Source: an uncultured Thermoproteaceae archaeon (lineage in GTDB: Archaea; Thermoproteota; Thermoprotei; Thermoproteales; Thermocladiaceae). From it: 64,000 bases of DNA. The notes below the pieces were generated by a model. The model did no database searches and was not told the DNA's origin. It saw nothing but the letters and a program-made list of their open reading frames with translations. Positions 40,472 to 49,472 of the stretch are shown piece by piece. Numbering within the stretch: the stretch's first letter is position 1; every line of letters begins with the position of its first letter. The DNA is taken from contig CAZNTG010000015.1 of assembly GCA_964575955.1 (NCBI GenBank), positions 19,943 to 83,942 on the forward strand, in the 5' to 3' direction. A program made the translations under genes and the position numbers.

Positions 40472-41035
40472 TTGATTGTTATTAAAGATAGTCGTATGGG
40501 TTTTAGTTATGTTATAGTAATGGCGCTCGTGATTGTAGCATGTATATGCATCACGATCTATGTCCTTTCAATTATTCTACCCCCCTATATGAATCTTATC
40601 TCGTCTTACTCGGACTTTGTAGTTACATCGTACTACTTATCTTCCAAGTTTATTGAGGTTTCTATCAAGAATGTGGGTAGTATGCCCATAGTATCCATAA
40701 ATATAACAGTGGTAAATACAACAGGAGCAGATATTCTAAATATTAATTTTGGTCAAGATAATTTTGAAATACCTAGACAAGTCTCAGTATCATGTAGTTG
40801 TATTTTTAGCAGCTCCTGGTATTGTGAATGCATACCATCTACAGCAGTTAACACTAGTTCCTCTTTATATGCCTGTACTCCATCATCATCATCGATTTCT
40901 GAACATCTCTGTACTATTGAAATAGCTAACGATAAACCACTTACACCTGGGTACGTTTATAGGATATATATTTACGTTAAATTTAAAAATGGACTTATTA
41001 AAGCGAGAAGCTTAAGTATGGTTGCGTCATCTTAG
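40472..41035 (+). CDS. archaeal type IV pilin, paralog of 39765-40346
   Basis: KDSRMG|FSYVIVMALVI, SIKNVG and LTPGYVYRIYI..KNG. Confidence 0.8.
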   Translation: MIVIKDSRMGFSYVIVMALVIVACICITIYVLSIILPPYMNLISSYSDFVVTSYYLSSKFIEVSIKNVGSMPIVSINITVVNTTGADILNINFGQDNFEIPRQVSVSCSCIFSSSWYCECIPSTAVNTSSSLYACTPSSSSISEHLCTIEIANDKPLTPGYVYRIYIYVKFKNGLIKARSLSMVASS

Positions 41036-41041
41036 ACCATA

Positions 41042-42493
41042 ATGGGCTTTATTGAGAATGTGTGCGCTATAGTTGGCTGCTCTAGAGATAGTGTCAGTAA
41101 GGAGATCCTCATTATAGTAACCTCAATAGTACTGACTGTAGTCATATCGATATTACTAATCTTTATATCAGTTAGGATTCCTAGACTTAAACCAATTCTA
41201 GCAATCGTACCTCTTCTCTTTACTATTCCGACTTTGTCTATCTCCAGATGTAAGTGTATATTAGAGTACCTAAAGTTCACAAGCAGTCTAGGTAGAGAAG
41301 AACTCTATGCATGTGTAGCTATACTGGTACTTTCACTACTTGGCTCATGGAATTATGTCTCAAGGGTGCTACAACACGGATTTCCAGCAACAGCACGTGT
41401 ACTAAGAAGTAAATCAAACATAGGTTCAAAATTGTTCAAAGAAGTCAAAGACATAGTCGAAAACATAGTATTCAAGGATGGTACTCTACCACATGTAGCA
41501 CGTGAGAGAATAATGCATACACTTAGAATGAGTATAGAAGATTATGGAACTCTTACTCAAATTCTCATAACTGGCTTAGCAATGCTCTATATGTTTTTCA
41601 TAGTAATTTCATTTTTAAGTTTCATGTCCCCTATGTTTAACCCCTCCATGTTCGTATTTATTGTAACTTTTCTAACATTTATATTCTCCGCATTAATAAT
41701 GTCGAAATCCCCTATTCACGATTATGCCATTACCGAATTGAAGGAAAAAATTAAGTTAATACTACCGACGAGCATAATTGTGTTCATAATATCTCTTATA
41801 GTAATACATGATTTTTCGATATCAGCTCACATACTACTCATATCGTTTTTTATATTAGGCTTAGCATTGCTAAAATGTTCCAGGAAAATAGATAAGATAG
41901 ATAATGCTGTCGTATGGGATAGAGTTCTAAATCTTAGACTTATCAAAGGTGTACCTGTTGATCAGGCACTTCAAACTATTCTTGGTAGAGATGTTTACGA
42001 GATATATACAAGAACTTATCCGTTTAATGCAATAAAAAACCTCTTAACACATCTCGAAGATATTGGCGGACTTGGCATAGTTAGGATGTTTAGAGAGATG
42101 ATCGTGGAGATATTTAATGCTATGAACAAGGTTATGAAAAACGTTAAAGTTAATGTGTTGATGCTCGTAGGATTTGCATTAGCTATGATAGGTATGCAGA
42201 TATGGTTTGTAACGCTTCTATTACCTGCATTAAAGATGATGAAAATGTTCGGTTTTAGTTTAACCTCAGTTCCAGCATATACAAATTTGCCGATTCAGAT
42301 GTCCCCCGAAGCGATAGTACAATCATTAAATACAACAATAACATACGTACCCCCAATAGTAACACTTGCAGTATTTATGATAATGCGAGGTTGTAGTAGT
42401 AGCACCAGAGCTATGAAAATAGCACTAGTTACAGCAATAGTATTACTATGTACTCAAGTAATAGTGAAATACTTTATAGTGCCGCACCTATAA
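41042..42493 (+). CDS. TadC/ArlJ-like pilus membrane platform protein
   Basis: Two repeats of cytoplasmic helical domain plus TM bundle (T2SS F-like layout) inside the pilus cluster. Confidence 0.7.
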   Translation: MGFIENVCAIVGCSRDSVSKEILIIVTSIVLTVVISILLIFISVRIPRLKPILAIVPLLFTIPTLSISRCKCILEYLKFTSSLGREELYACVAILVLSLLGSWNYVSRVLQHGFPATARVLRSKSNIGSKLFKEVKDIVENIVFKDGTLPHVARERIMHTLRMSIEDYGTLTQILITGLAMLYMFFIVISFLSFMSPMFNPSMFVFIVTFLTFIFSALIMSKSPIHDYAITELKEKIKLILPTSIIVFIISLIVIHDFSISAHILLISFFILGLALLKCSRKIDKIDNAVVWDRVLNLRLIKGVPVDQALQTILGRDVYEIYTRTYPFNAIKNLLTHLEDIGGLGIVRMFREMIVEIFNAMNKVMKNVKVNVLMLVGFALAMIGMQIWFVTLLLPALKMMKMFGFSLTSVPAYTNLPIQMSPEAIVQSLNTTITYVPPIVTLAVFMIMRGCSSSTRAMKIALVTAIVLLCTQVIVKYFIVPHL

Positions 42494-42506
42494 AATATTC
42501 CAAGAA

Positions 42507-42836
42507 ATGCCTACTCCGGCTATAGTATACGCCATAGTGACTATCGGATTAATATCGATATGTCTATTTCTGATATACACTATGTTAGTACATAAGCTTG
42601 TTTTAAATAATAGCATTGTCGTTCTAGACTACTATGTCAGAATTGATAGATATGCAGTACTTAAGGTATCATCTAACACTAGCGTGTATGTTAAGGAAAA
42701 ACCGAATTCGTGCACGATTATAAAACCCAGCAGTGATACTGTCTATGTAATCTGTGACTGCAGATACATGAATAATACGACGTTAGTTATATGTGGAGGA
42801 AAATTCTGTAAAGCATTCTTTGTATGGTGTAAATAA
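42507..42836 (+). CDS. pilin-like protein (leaderless)
   Basis: MPTPAIVYAIVTIG N-terminal helix and small Cys-rich beta domain. Confidence 0.6.
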   Translation: MPTPAIVYAIVTIGLISICLFLIYTMLVHKLVLNNSIVVLDYYVRIDRYAVLKVSSNTSVYVKEKPNSCTIIKPSSDTVYVICDCRYMNNTTLVICGGKFCKAFFVWCK

Positions 42837-43492
42837 TGAGACTTACGTTAGCAACTTTCATAATAATGTTGACAATAATTCTAGCAATAATCTTTATTAA
42901 GTACAGACCGAACCCTATCTACTACATATCGCTTGAGAAATACTATGCTGCAGATGCACATTGTACAGCATGGGCATATTTAACAAATCAAAGCTTTGCA
43001 GAATGTCTAGATACTTTCCTATTAAGAGCTAATTCAAACATTATATATAGTATTATATTGACCAAATATCGATACGATACTGTGCTAGAGAAGTTAAATC
43101 TTCAATTGTTGAGGGAAAAGTGTGTGGATATGTATAGCATACTCACTTCGTTAATTACTTTAAGTAACGAAGGCTATATCGTAGTGAATGCCTTGAGCTA
43201 CAAATATTATAATGGTACGCTATGTCTAAATAGGCCTAAGATATGTTTAAGCTACTGTGCATATATGCTTGTCATCAAGGTAAAGCCTGGTATATACTAC
43301 GTATTCACCGATAGAGCATTACTTAGTATAAACGTAACAGTCACTAGTACGAGTAATGTCGTATGTACATACAGTAGGACATTACTCATGAGTTTAAACA
43401 TGTCAGCAATAGTTATTAAATGCAGTTCTGAAACTACAAATTACAAAATTGAAATTATTGATGAAAGAGGTATTAACGTTACTATAAGCTAG
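42836..43492 (+). CDS. membrane-anchored pilus-associated protein
   Basis: N-terminal TM helix, sequons, C-terminal IEIIDERGI motif; TAATG coupling to the upstream gene. Confidence 0.6.
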   Translation: MRLTLATFIIMLTIILAIIFIKYRPNPIYYISLEKYYAADAHCTAWAYLTNQSFAECLDTFLLRANSNIIYSIILTKYRYDTVLEKLNLQLLREKCVDMYSILTSLITLSNEGYIVVNALSYKYYNGTLCLNRPKICLSYCAYMLVIKVKPGIYYVFTDRALLSINVTVTSTSNVVCTYSRTLLMSLNMSAIVIKCSSETTNYKIEIIDERGINVTIS

Positions 43493-44246
43493 TGGTCTCT
43501 TTTAAACCCTCCATTTCTAATATCTTCTCAACAAGTCTTTTTAGATACCCACGCTTTACTATATACTGTGCCACTGTTAGAGGACTTTTCTCATCTTTAA
43601 CTACATCTAATTCTGGCACTATTGTAATATCCAGATCTTTAAGCTCTGAAGGGTCTATATTGAATAGCTTTTTAACAGTCTTGCTATCATACTTGACATT
43701 ACTAGGCCACATATTTAACACGTATAGGACTCCTATAACCTTCTCTTCTACTTTTATGGACTTCCCTATTTTACTTATCTCCTTAAGTATCCTCATGTAT
43801 GGTCTAAGTACCACAACAAGACAATCACAGATTTTTAGACACTTTTTAATACTAGTTTCTTCAATATATGTTGGAAAATCTATTATAGCGAACTTGACCT
43901 CCCTCTTTAATCTCCTATTTATTATTTCCACTATAGCCCTTATACTGTCTATCAATCTATCATTCATGTGGTCAATGTATGGCAACTGTATTGCCGTGCT
44001 TAATGATTGCTCTTCTAAAACATTTAATCTCTTTCTCTCTATACCAACTACTATGAGGTTGCCAAATATTTTTGCTCGAGGAAGTTCCATCATAGTTGAG
44101 CTTTTTAAAAGTTCATATATATGGGAACTATCGAAAAGTATCGAAAGGTCGTACTTACTAAATTCTGTAGCAAGAGCCAGCGCAATCGTGCTCTTACCTA
44201 CTCCACCAATGCCAAAACTAGTCACTCCTACAAACTTGGTCGGCAT
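43482..44246 (-). CDS. ParA/MinD-family ATPase 2 (signature Lys absent)
   Basis: TSFGIGGVGKST, AIIDFP, CDCLVVV and YVLNM. Confidence 0.82.
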   Translation of the reverse strand: MPTKFVGVTSFGIGGVGKSTIALALATEFSKYDLSILFDSSHIYELLKSSTMMELPRAKIFGNLIVVGIERKRLNVLEEQSLSTAIQLPYIDHMNDRLIDSIRAIVEIINRRLKREVKFAIIDFPTYIEETSIKKCLKICDCLVVVLRPYMRILKEISKIGKSIKVEEKVIGVLYVLNMWPSNVKYDSKTVKKLFNIDPSELKDLDITIVPELDVVKDEKSPLTVAQYIVKRGYLKRLVEKILEMEGLKETTSL

Positions 44247-44381
44247 ATTTCACTAAAACTATATCCTTTCATACTCCTTAAAATATATTTAACTTGTATG
44301 GAGTTATACTGCTAAGATTGGGAATCGTATAATGAGATTAGTATTTTAAACCCGGATCTAGCTGTAACTATAGGGGGTGCG

Positions 44382-47123
44382 ATGCTTACACGTAAAATCT
44401 ACGTAATACTACTATTAGTAACTGTGATGTCCTGTATATTAACACTAGTCACCGCATATGGCTACACATTATCAAGATTTGCTAAAGTGATACCAGTGCC
44501 TAAAACCTATAAGCCATATCCAAATTACAGAAGCATATATTTTAAACAGATATCATACGTTAAAGTTATAGGAAACGTATCCTCGAACGAACCCGGAACA
44601 TATTGTATAGACTTATCGAGTTACGTTAGAAATATACCACAGATTAGGAGAATACTGAACAGATTAGAACGTGCTGGATTTATCATAGACTTTAACGTAG
44701 AGCTATGTACGGAGTCGAGCAGACCCAAGACGATAGTATATCTCAACAATGTGAAATATATGTTAAATTCGACAGGATTTTTAAGATTAGCCGATGTTGG
44801 TGGAAAAGTTGTGAGAATTCTAAATATAGAAGGTGCTAACACGTATTTAAAGATATATGTGTTAGCAATAGATTGGTATAGTGTATTTGAGGGACAGACT
44901 TACATAACACTATCCGAGGCAAAGACATACATAGGAAAGTCAGGATTGCTAAAAGGCTACGTCTTCACAACGGCATCGTATCCTCTAGACATACTTGACC
45001 TAGTACTAGCCGTAGTTAATAAGTATTCTGGATATGACTTTTGGGGGCTTATAACTAGAGAACTATTATTACGCTTGATAGTTCTCGACTACATACTGCT
45101 TGTTGGAAGTATAGGTTATAAGACCAGAACTATATCTGGCGCATGTTTAGGTAACATATGTGTAGTATGTAACTCCTCATGGAGCTTATTTAACTCGCTC
45201 AAGAATCTAGAGGAAGCTTTAATGAATCCTACTAAATTGATTAGAGGTTTATACTCGTCATCTTCTACATGTAAGATAGTGAATATAACGTCTGGTAAAA
45301 TAGTCCCTATAAATCAGACTACGAATTTGACTATTCTCATAAAGGAGGTGTACTGTGGACTTGAACATAGCCAAAAGATAAGCCTAATTATACCGTCATG
45401 TAATAAATACTGGTGCATTGTCGGATTCGAAGAGAATTATCCAGTTAAAGAACTTGACCTTAAAAATGTTCATTCAAGGGTGTTTGTGTTCTATACACTT
45501 ATACCAGAGAAAACGTTCGTAAAAATTTCAAAGTTGTATAATGTAACACTCGCAGCATATGAATACGCATACGTATACTATAATTATACACACAGCATAT
45601 TAGTGCAACCTATTGTTGAAATAGAGGAACCATATCTATCGAACTCTACGATTAAGTACAGAATAGTTACAAAAACCGTAAGTCTATCACCTCTAGCAGC
45701 ATATATAGAGGAGAATAACACGCCAATATATAAGGCTGGGTTAACATACACTATATATAACATCAAGAATGGGGAAAATGTCGACATAGTATTGCCAATC
45801 GAGTTTAACATATATCACAACTTGACCGTGAATAGTATGTTGTTTAGAGTGAAGTATCTATGTACATTTAATAACGTAAATATCGGCACGCCCAACGTAA
45901 GTGAGAGTAGTGTCGACATATCTATACACAATGTTACTAGAGACATTATAGTTAAACCGCTATATGTCTGCAGACCGCTGGTACCAATACCATATATTGC
46001 AAGTCTAAATTGTCCTACAATGTACATACCTGGAAAACCTATAGACATAACCGCACATGTAGTGAACCTAGGATCTAACGGTACAGTGACGCTAAGCTTA
46101 CTTGACAACGGGAAGTACACTATAGAAGTCAAGAATATAACACTAATTCAAGGTTCTTCCGCAGACATTACATTTACACTAACATTTAGTGATAAGGAAG
46201 TGCACTACCTATATATCATTAGTGGAAACACAACTTTAGCAATGTGTTCTATAAGACCAACATCTATAACGAGTGTATATCTGAAGATAATTCCGATATC
46301 ATCAATAACAAGTATAGAAGACCTACTTAGAAGTATTTTAGAAAACTACAATAGTATAAATATATCCAATATATCTTATATTAAAGGTGCAAAGATAGTA
46401 TCCGTACTGATAGTTGTCAACAATACTCTAGGAAGTATAGCTAATGCATCTGTAATCATAAATGGAGAAACAATTCCTTTAAGATGCAAAGACTTGTCAA
46501 CAGATATTTTACTATGCAATCTTGAACAACCTGTAATACTAATCAATAAGACAGAGTTAATACTCGAATTTACAACAACTAACGGAAATACTGTGTACTC
46601 AAATACTGTCACAATTACTCCAACAACCCAAGTTAATATAACTAAGATAATTACTGATTGGGTTGGTGCAAACGAATTAAGAATAGTGATAATTGCTAAT
46701 GGACTTAATCTCGTAACAGTGCCAGCAACTATAGTTGGACCTGGATTATACATGTCTATGCCTATTACATTTAATAGTTCGGGAATCGGTGTAATCAACG
46801 TAACTCTTAATGAACCGCTACTGCCAGGCGATAATATAAACATAACTATTCACACCCCAGCAAAAGTTGTATCATCAAGCTTGAAAGCTGTACTTATTAA
46901 ACCGAAAATAATAGCGGAGAACATCACATTTGAGTACCAGAATAATACTATACCTAAGTGTACTTTAGTAATCCCACGATTAAATCTTGTTAACGAAGTT
47001 ACAAATTGTACTTTCAGTAGCAAATTGCTAGAGTATACGCCAATTATAGTACTTCCTGAAGGATGTGAAGGTGTTATATGCCTACCGTATAAGATCCTTA
47101 CAATAATAGTAAGACCGAGCTGA
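44382..47123 (+). CDS. large secreted adhesin-like protein with Ig/CARDB-like repeats
   Basis: Signal peptide, 913 aa, PGKPIDITAHVVNLG...ITFTLTF CARDB-like segment, many N-x-S/T sequons; GGGGGTG Shine-Dalgarno. Confidence 0.7.
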   Translation: MLTRKIYVILLLVTVMSCILTLVTAYGYTLSRFAKVIPVPKTYKPYPNYRSIYFKQISYVKVIGNVSSNEPGTYCIDLSSYVRNIPQIRRILNRLERAGFIIDFNVELCTESSRPKTIVYLNNVKYMLNSTGFLRLADVGGKVVRILNIEGANTYLKIYVLAIDWYSVFEGQTYITLSEAKTYIGKSGLLKGYVFTTASYPLDILDLVLAVVNKYSGYDFWGLITRELLLRLIVLDYILLVGSIGYKTRTISGACLGNICVVCNSSWSLFNSLKNLEEALMNPTKLIRGLYSSSSTCKIVNITSGKIVPINQTTNLTILIKEVYCGLEHSQKISLIIPSCNKYWCIVGFEENYPVKELDLKNVHSRVFVFYTLIPEKTFVKISKLYNVTLAAYEYAYVYYNYTHSILVQPIVEIEEPYLSNSTIKYRIVTKTVSLSPLAAYIEENNTPIYKAGLTYTIYNIKNGENVDIVLPIEFNIYHNLTVNSMLFRVKYLCTFNNVNIGTPNVSESSVDISIHNVTRDIIVKPLYVCRPLVPIPYIASLNCPTMYIPGKPIDITAHVVNLGSNGTVTLSLLDNGKYTIEVKNITLIQGSSADITFTLTFSDKEVHYLYIISGNTTLAMCSIRPTSITSVYLKIIPISSITSIEDLLRSILENYNSINISNISYIKGAKIVSVLIVVNNTLGSIANASVIINGETIPLRCKDLSTDILLCNLEQPVILINKTELILEFTTTNGNTVYSNTVTITPTTQVNITKIITDWVGANELRIVIIANGLNLVTVPATIVGPGLYMSMPITFNSSGIGVINVTLNEPLLPGDNINITIHTPAKVVSSSLKAVLIKPKIIAENITFEYQNNTIPKCTLVIPRLNLVNEVTNCTFSSKLLEYTPIIVLPEGCEGVICLPYKILTIIVRPS

Positions 47124-47139
47124 TATCAAAAACATAGTT

Positions 47140-47460
47140 CTACTTAGATCTTTCCCTTAAAAATCTATATATCTTTTTTGGACTGTCTTTACTAATCTTT
47201 TTCTCATTCTTCTTTTCTGCCTTAGTACTACCTTTAGTTTTTAAGAATATTTTAAAAATATTGAATTTTAGTTTACATCTATTGCTTGAAGTCTTTCTTC
47301 TCTGATTAATCTTAAGCTCTTTTTTACGCCTATCTCGCTTCTTTCTGTATCTTAATCTCTGTTTGTGTTTTCGTTGTACGTTTATGACGAATTTTATAAA
47401 TTTTTCAGGATCAATGTTGTTTAACTTAACCTTCTTCTCCTTGATCTTTTCTTGCGGCAT
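47140..47460 (-). CDS. extremely basic K/R-rich small protein
   Basis: 106 aa from MPQEK (ATG 47460); fills the gap on a purine-rich strand; divergent from 47502. Confidence 0.5.
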   Translation of the reverse strand: MPQEKIKEKKVKLNNIDPEKFIKFVINVQRKHKQRLRYRKKRDRRKKELKINQRRKTSSNRCKLKFNIFKIFLKTKGSTKAEKKNEKKISKDSPKKIYRFLRERSK

Positions 47461-47501
47461 ATACGTAAATGTTGTTAAACACTTAATTAACATATTTGTT
47501 A

Positions 47502-47822
47502 ATGAGACTAGGTAAGTCAAAGAAGGATAAGGAGGAGAATATAGAAGAATCTCTTGCTGCGGATATTCAACAGATTGGGCTATCTTGCGATGAGTTAGTA
47601 CTTGATACTTTAAGTCTGCTATCTGAATGTTTGAAATGCTTATCTGAGAAGATTATTGAGAGTTTGAGGTTAAACATAGTAGATATAAAGCTTACTGAAA
47701 GAGACATAGCATTACTTAAACAAGCATTATCAACATTAGAAACCGCGGAGAAAGAGATAGAGGCTTACATACGTAAACTGAGAAATAGAATAGAAGAACT
47801 ATCTAAGAGATGTACCTCATAG
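47502..47822 (+). CDS. cytoplasmic coiled-coil protein
   Basis: Helical heptad pattern, basic N-terminus, no TM helix. Confidence 0.65.
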   Translation: MRLGKSKKDKEENIEESLAADIQQIGLSCDELVLDTLSLLSECLKCLSEKIIESLRLNIVDIKLTERDIALLKQALSTLETAEKEIEAYIRKLRNRIEELSKRCTS

Positions 47823-47829
47823 TGAAGCA

Positions 47830-48447
47830 ATGGAGGCTATCATGACTGCGATTGTTGCTATCATAATGATTGCCGTTGGAATTATAGCTTTTTCAGCACT
47901 CTATGGAATCATTAAAACATCTTATGAGACGCTTTGGGAAAAGATGCTCATCTTTGAACTAGATACTCTACTTAGTGGTATATCTGTCAGAGTGAAGATA
48001 CCATATCCTCTGGTACAGGTAGATTATAATTACACAGTCAATATAGTGTACCTTGCAAATACCACAAACATCACACTATCAATACATAACGTTCTAGCAT
48101 ATCAGTCCAACGCATTTTCAAATGGAAAATGTACTGCATACATAAGACCTTGGTTAAAAATGGGATCGGCATGTATTAATATAACATTTTATAATATTAC
48201 GTGTACAGACATTAAGAAATGTCTTTCTCAAAATACCAACACATGTATAATCAGGATATACTCCTTGTGGAGTGGTATAGGTTTAGAGGGCTATATAAGA
48301 GCAACCACGAGAACTATAGTGTTCTTTGGAGGAACTGTAAATATAACATCAGACTATTTGAGTCTATGCGGTCTTAAGGATGAGGTAACTCTAAGAAATA
48401 AAACCATCATTATTGAAGTGATATTCTATAAGCAAGAAACATCATGA
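47830..48447 (+). CDS. pilin-like protein (leaderless)
   Basis: MEAIMTAIVAIIMIAVG N-terminal helix and beta domain with sequons. Confidence 0.62.
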   Translation: MEAIMTAIVAIIMIAVGIIAFSALYGIIKTSYETLWEKMLIFELDTLLSGISVRVKIPYPLVQVDYNYTVNIVYLANTTNITLSIHNVLAYQSNAFSNGKCTAYIRPWLKMGSACINITFYNITCTDIKKCLSQNTNTCIIRIYSLWSGIGLEGYIRATTRTIVFFGGTVNITSDYLSLCGLKDEVTLRNKTIIIEVIFYKQETS

Positions 48448-49077
48448 ACTTCCAAGGAGAGATGATAGATCGAGTTCTTCTTCTTTTTCTTTCCTCTCCT
48501 CAGCATGTTCTGATTTTTTACTTTGCTCTACTGCAGACGTTGTTTTATGAGCATATGATTCTGACAATTTAGAATCTATTATCTTATACATTATTTTTAT
48601 TATCTCGATAAGATCTTCTTTTTCAAGCTTTGATAATGCCTTGAATAGTAAATCTCTCGTTTTCTGATCTCTTACAGATTTATCAACTAGATACTCGAGA
48701 AACTCTGTCTTAAAGACCTCAAACAAGTTAGATACCGAGCCCATGTCTAGAGTATCTGACATGATGGGTTTATCTGTTTTTGCTTCTAACTTTTCACTCG
48801 ATTCTGTCTGGCTTTTTATTACATTTGTTTCTTTACTTTTTATCTCACTACTACTCTCTTCAATACTTACCATCTCTTTCTCCTCCTCCACGGATACCGG
48901 TGCCGGTTCTTCCTTCTTCTCTTCTTTAGGGGTACTCGAAAGTACTAGCTGTTCTGCTCTAGCTTCTTCGAGTCCCTGAAATACATCATGTAATTCTTGG
49001 ACCAGCTTATCACCTTCAGATTCACTTCTCTCCTTTTTCTGCCTTGAAAATAGAGAACGAAATCTCTCTGTCACCAT
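48442..49077 (-). CDS. acidic, partly disordered cytoplasmic protein
   Basis: E/K/S-rich linkers, amphipathic N-terminus ERFRSLFSR, short helical domain, tail EEELDLSSLL. Confidence 0.7.
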   Translation of the reverse strand: MVTERFRSLFSRQKKERSESEGDKLVQELHDVFQGLEEARAEQLVLSSTPKEEKKEEPAPVSVEEEKEMVSIEESSSEIKSKETNVIKSQTESSEKLEAKTDKPIMSDTLDMGSVSNLFEVFKTEFLEYLVDKSVRDQKTRDLLFKALSKLEKEDLIEIIKIMYKIIDSKLSESYAHKTTSAVEQSKKSEHAEERKEKEEELDLSSLLGSS

Positions 49078-49111
49078 GTTTAAAATTAGCTTTACGAAAT
49101 ATTAATACGTT

Positions 49112-49468
49112 ATGAGATATGCCGTAATTTATACGCTCATACTAATTTCGTTCATAGCAGTATCGATATACGTATCATACTGCATAATGCATATAGGAAT
49201 GTCATCAGAAAGGCACTATAGCATTATGACGACTCTACAATGTTTATATAGTAGAAGTATTTGTATAACAACAGAGCCGGTTAAAGTATTAAGTATTAAC
49301 TTAACAACACCTATAGGTATAGAAAGCATACACATAATAGCTATAGGAGGCATATACTTAATAGTGCCAACAAACGTGAAAACATCCGGAGAGAATTGTA
49401 CAAAACCTCCATGTATAATCATAAATACACTAAAAGAAATTAAAGTAGAAGAATTATCTACAAGTTAG
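49112..49468 (+). CDS. pilin-like or membrane-anchored small protein
   Basis: N-terminal TM helix and Cys pairs. Confidence 0.55.
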   Translation: MRYAVIYTLILISFIAVSIYVSYCIMHIGMSSERHYSIMTTLQCLYSRSICITTEPVKVLSINLTTPIGIESIHIIAIGGIYLIVPTNVKTSGENCTKPPCIIINTLKEIKVEELSTS

Positions 49469-49472
49469 TAAT

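Larger units (their letters stand above)
34425..49468. other. genomic island encoding a type IV pilus-like system with two ParA/MinD ATPases
   Basis: Block of ~20 pilus, surface and unknown genes between housekeeping genes; CG dinucleotides look more frequent than in the flanks (judged by eye); no integrase seen. Confidence 0.75.

Noticed and set aside
43492-44256. 254-aa plus-strand ORF
   Set aside because: Mirror of ParA/MinD ATPase 2, which carries the recognisable motifs
34425-49468. Archaellum operon, Ced/Ted DNA importer, or integrated plasmid/provirus
   Set aside because: No ArlH/F/G or archaellin signature, no VirB4/HerA ATPase, and no integrase, replication or capsid genes recognised
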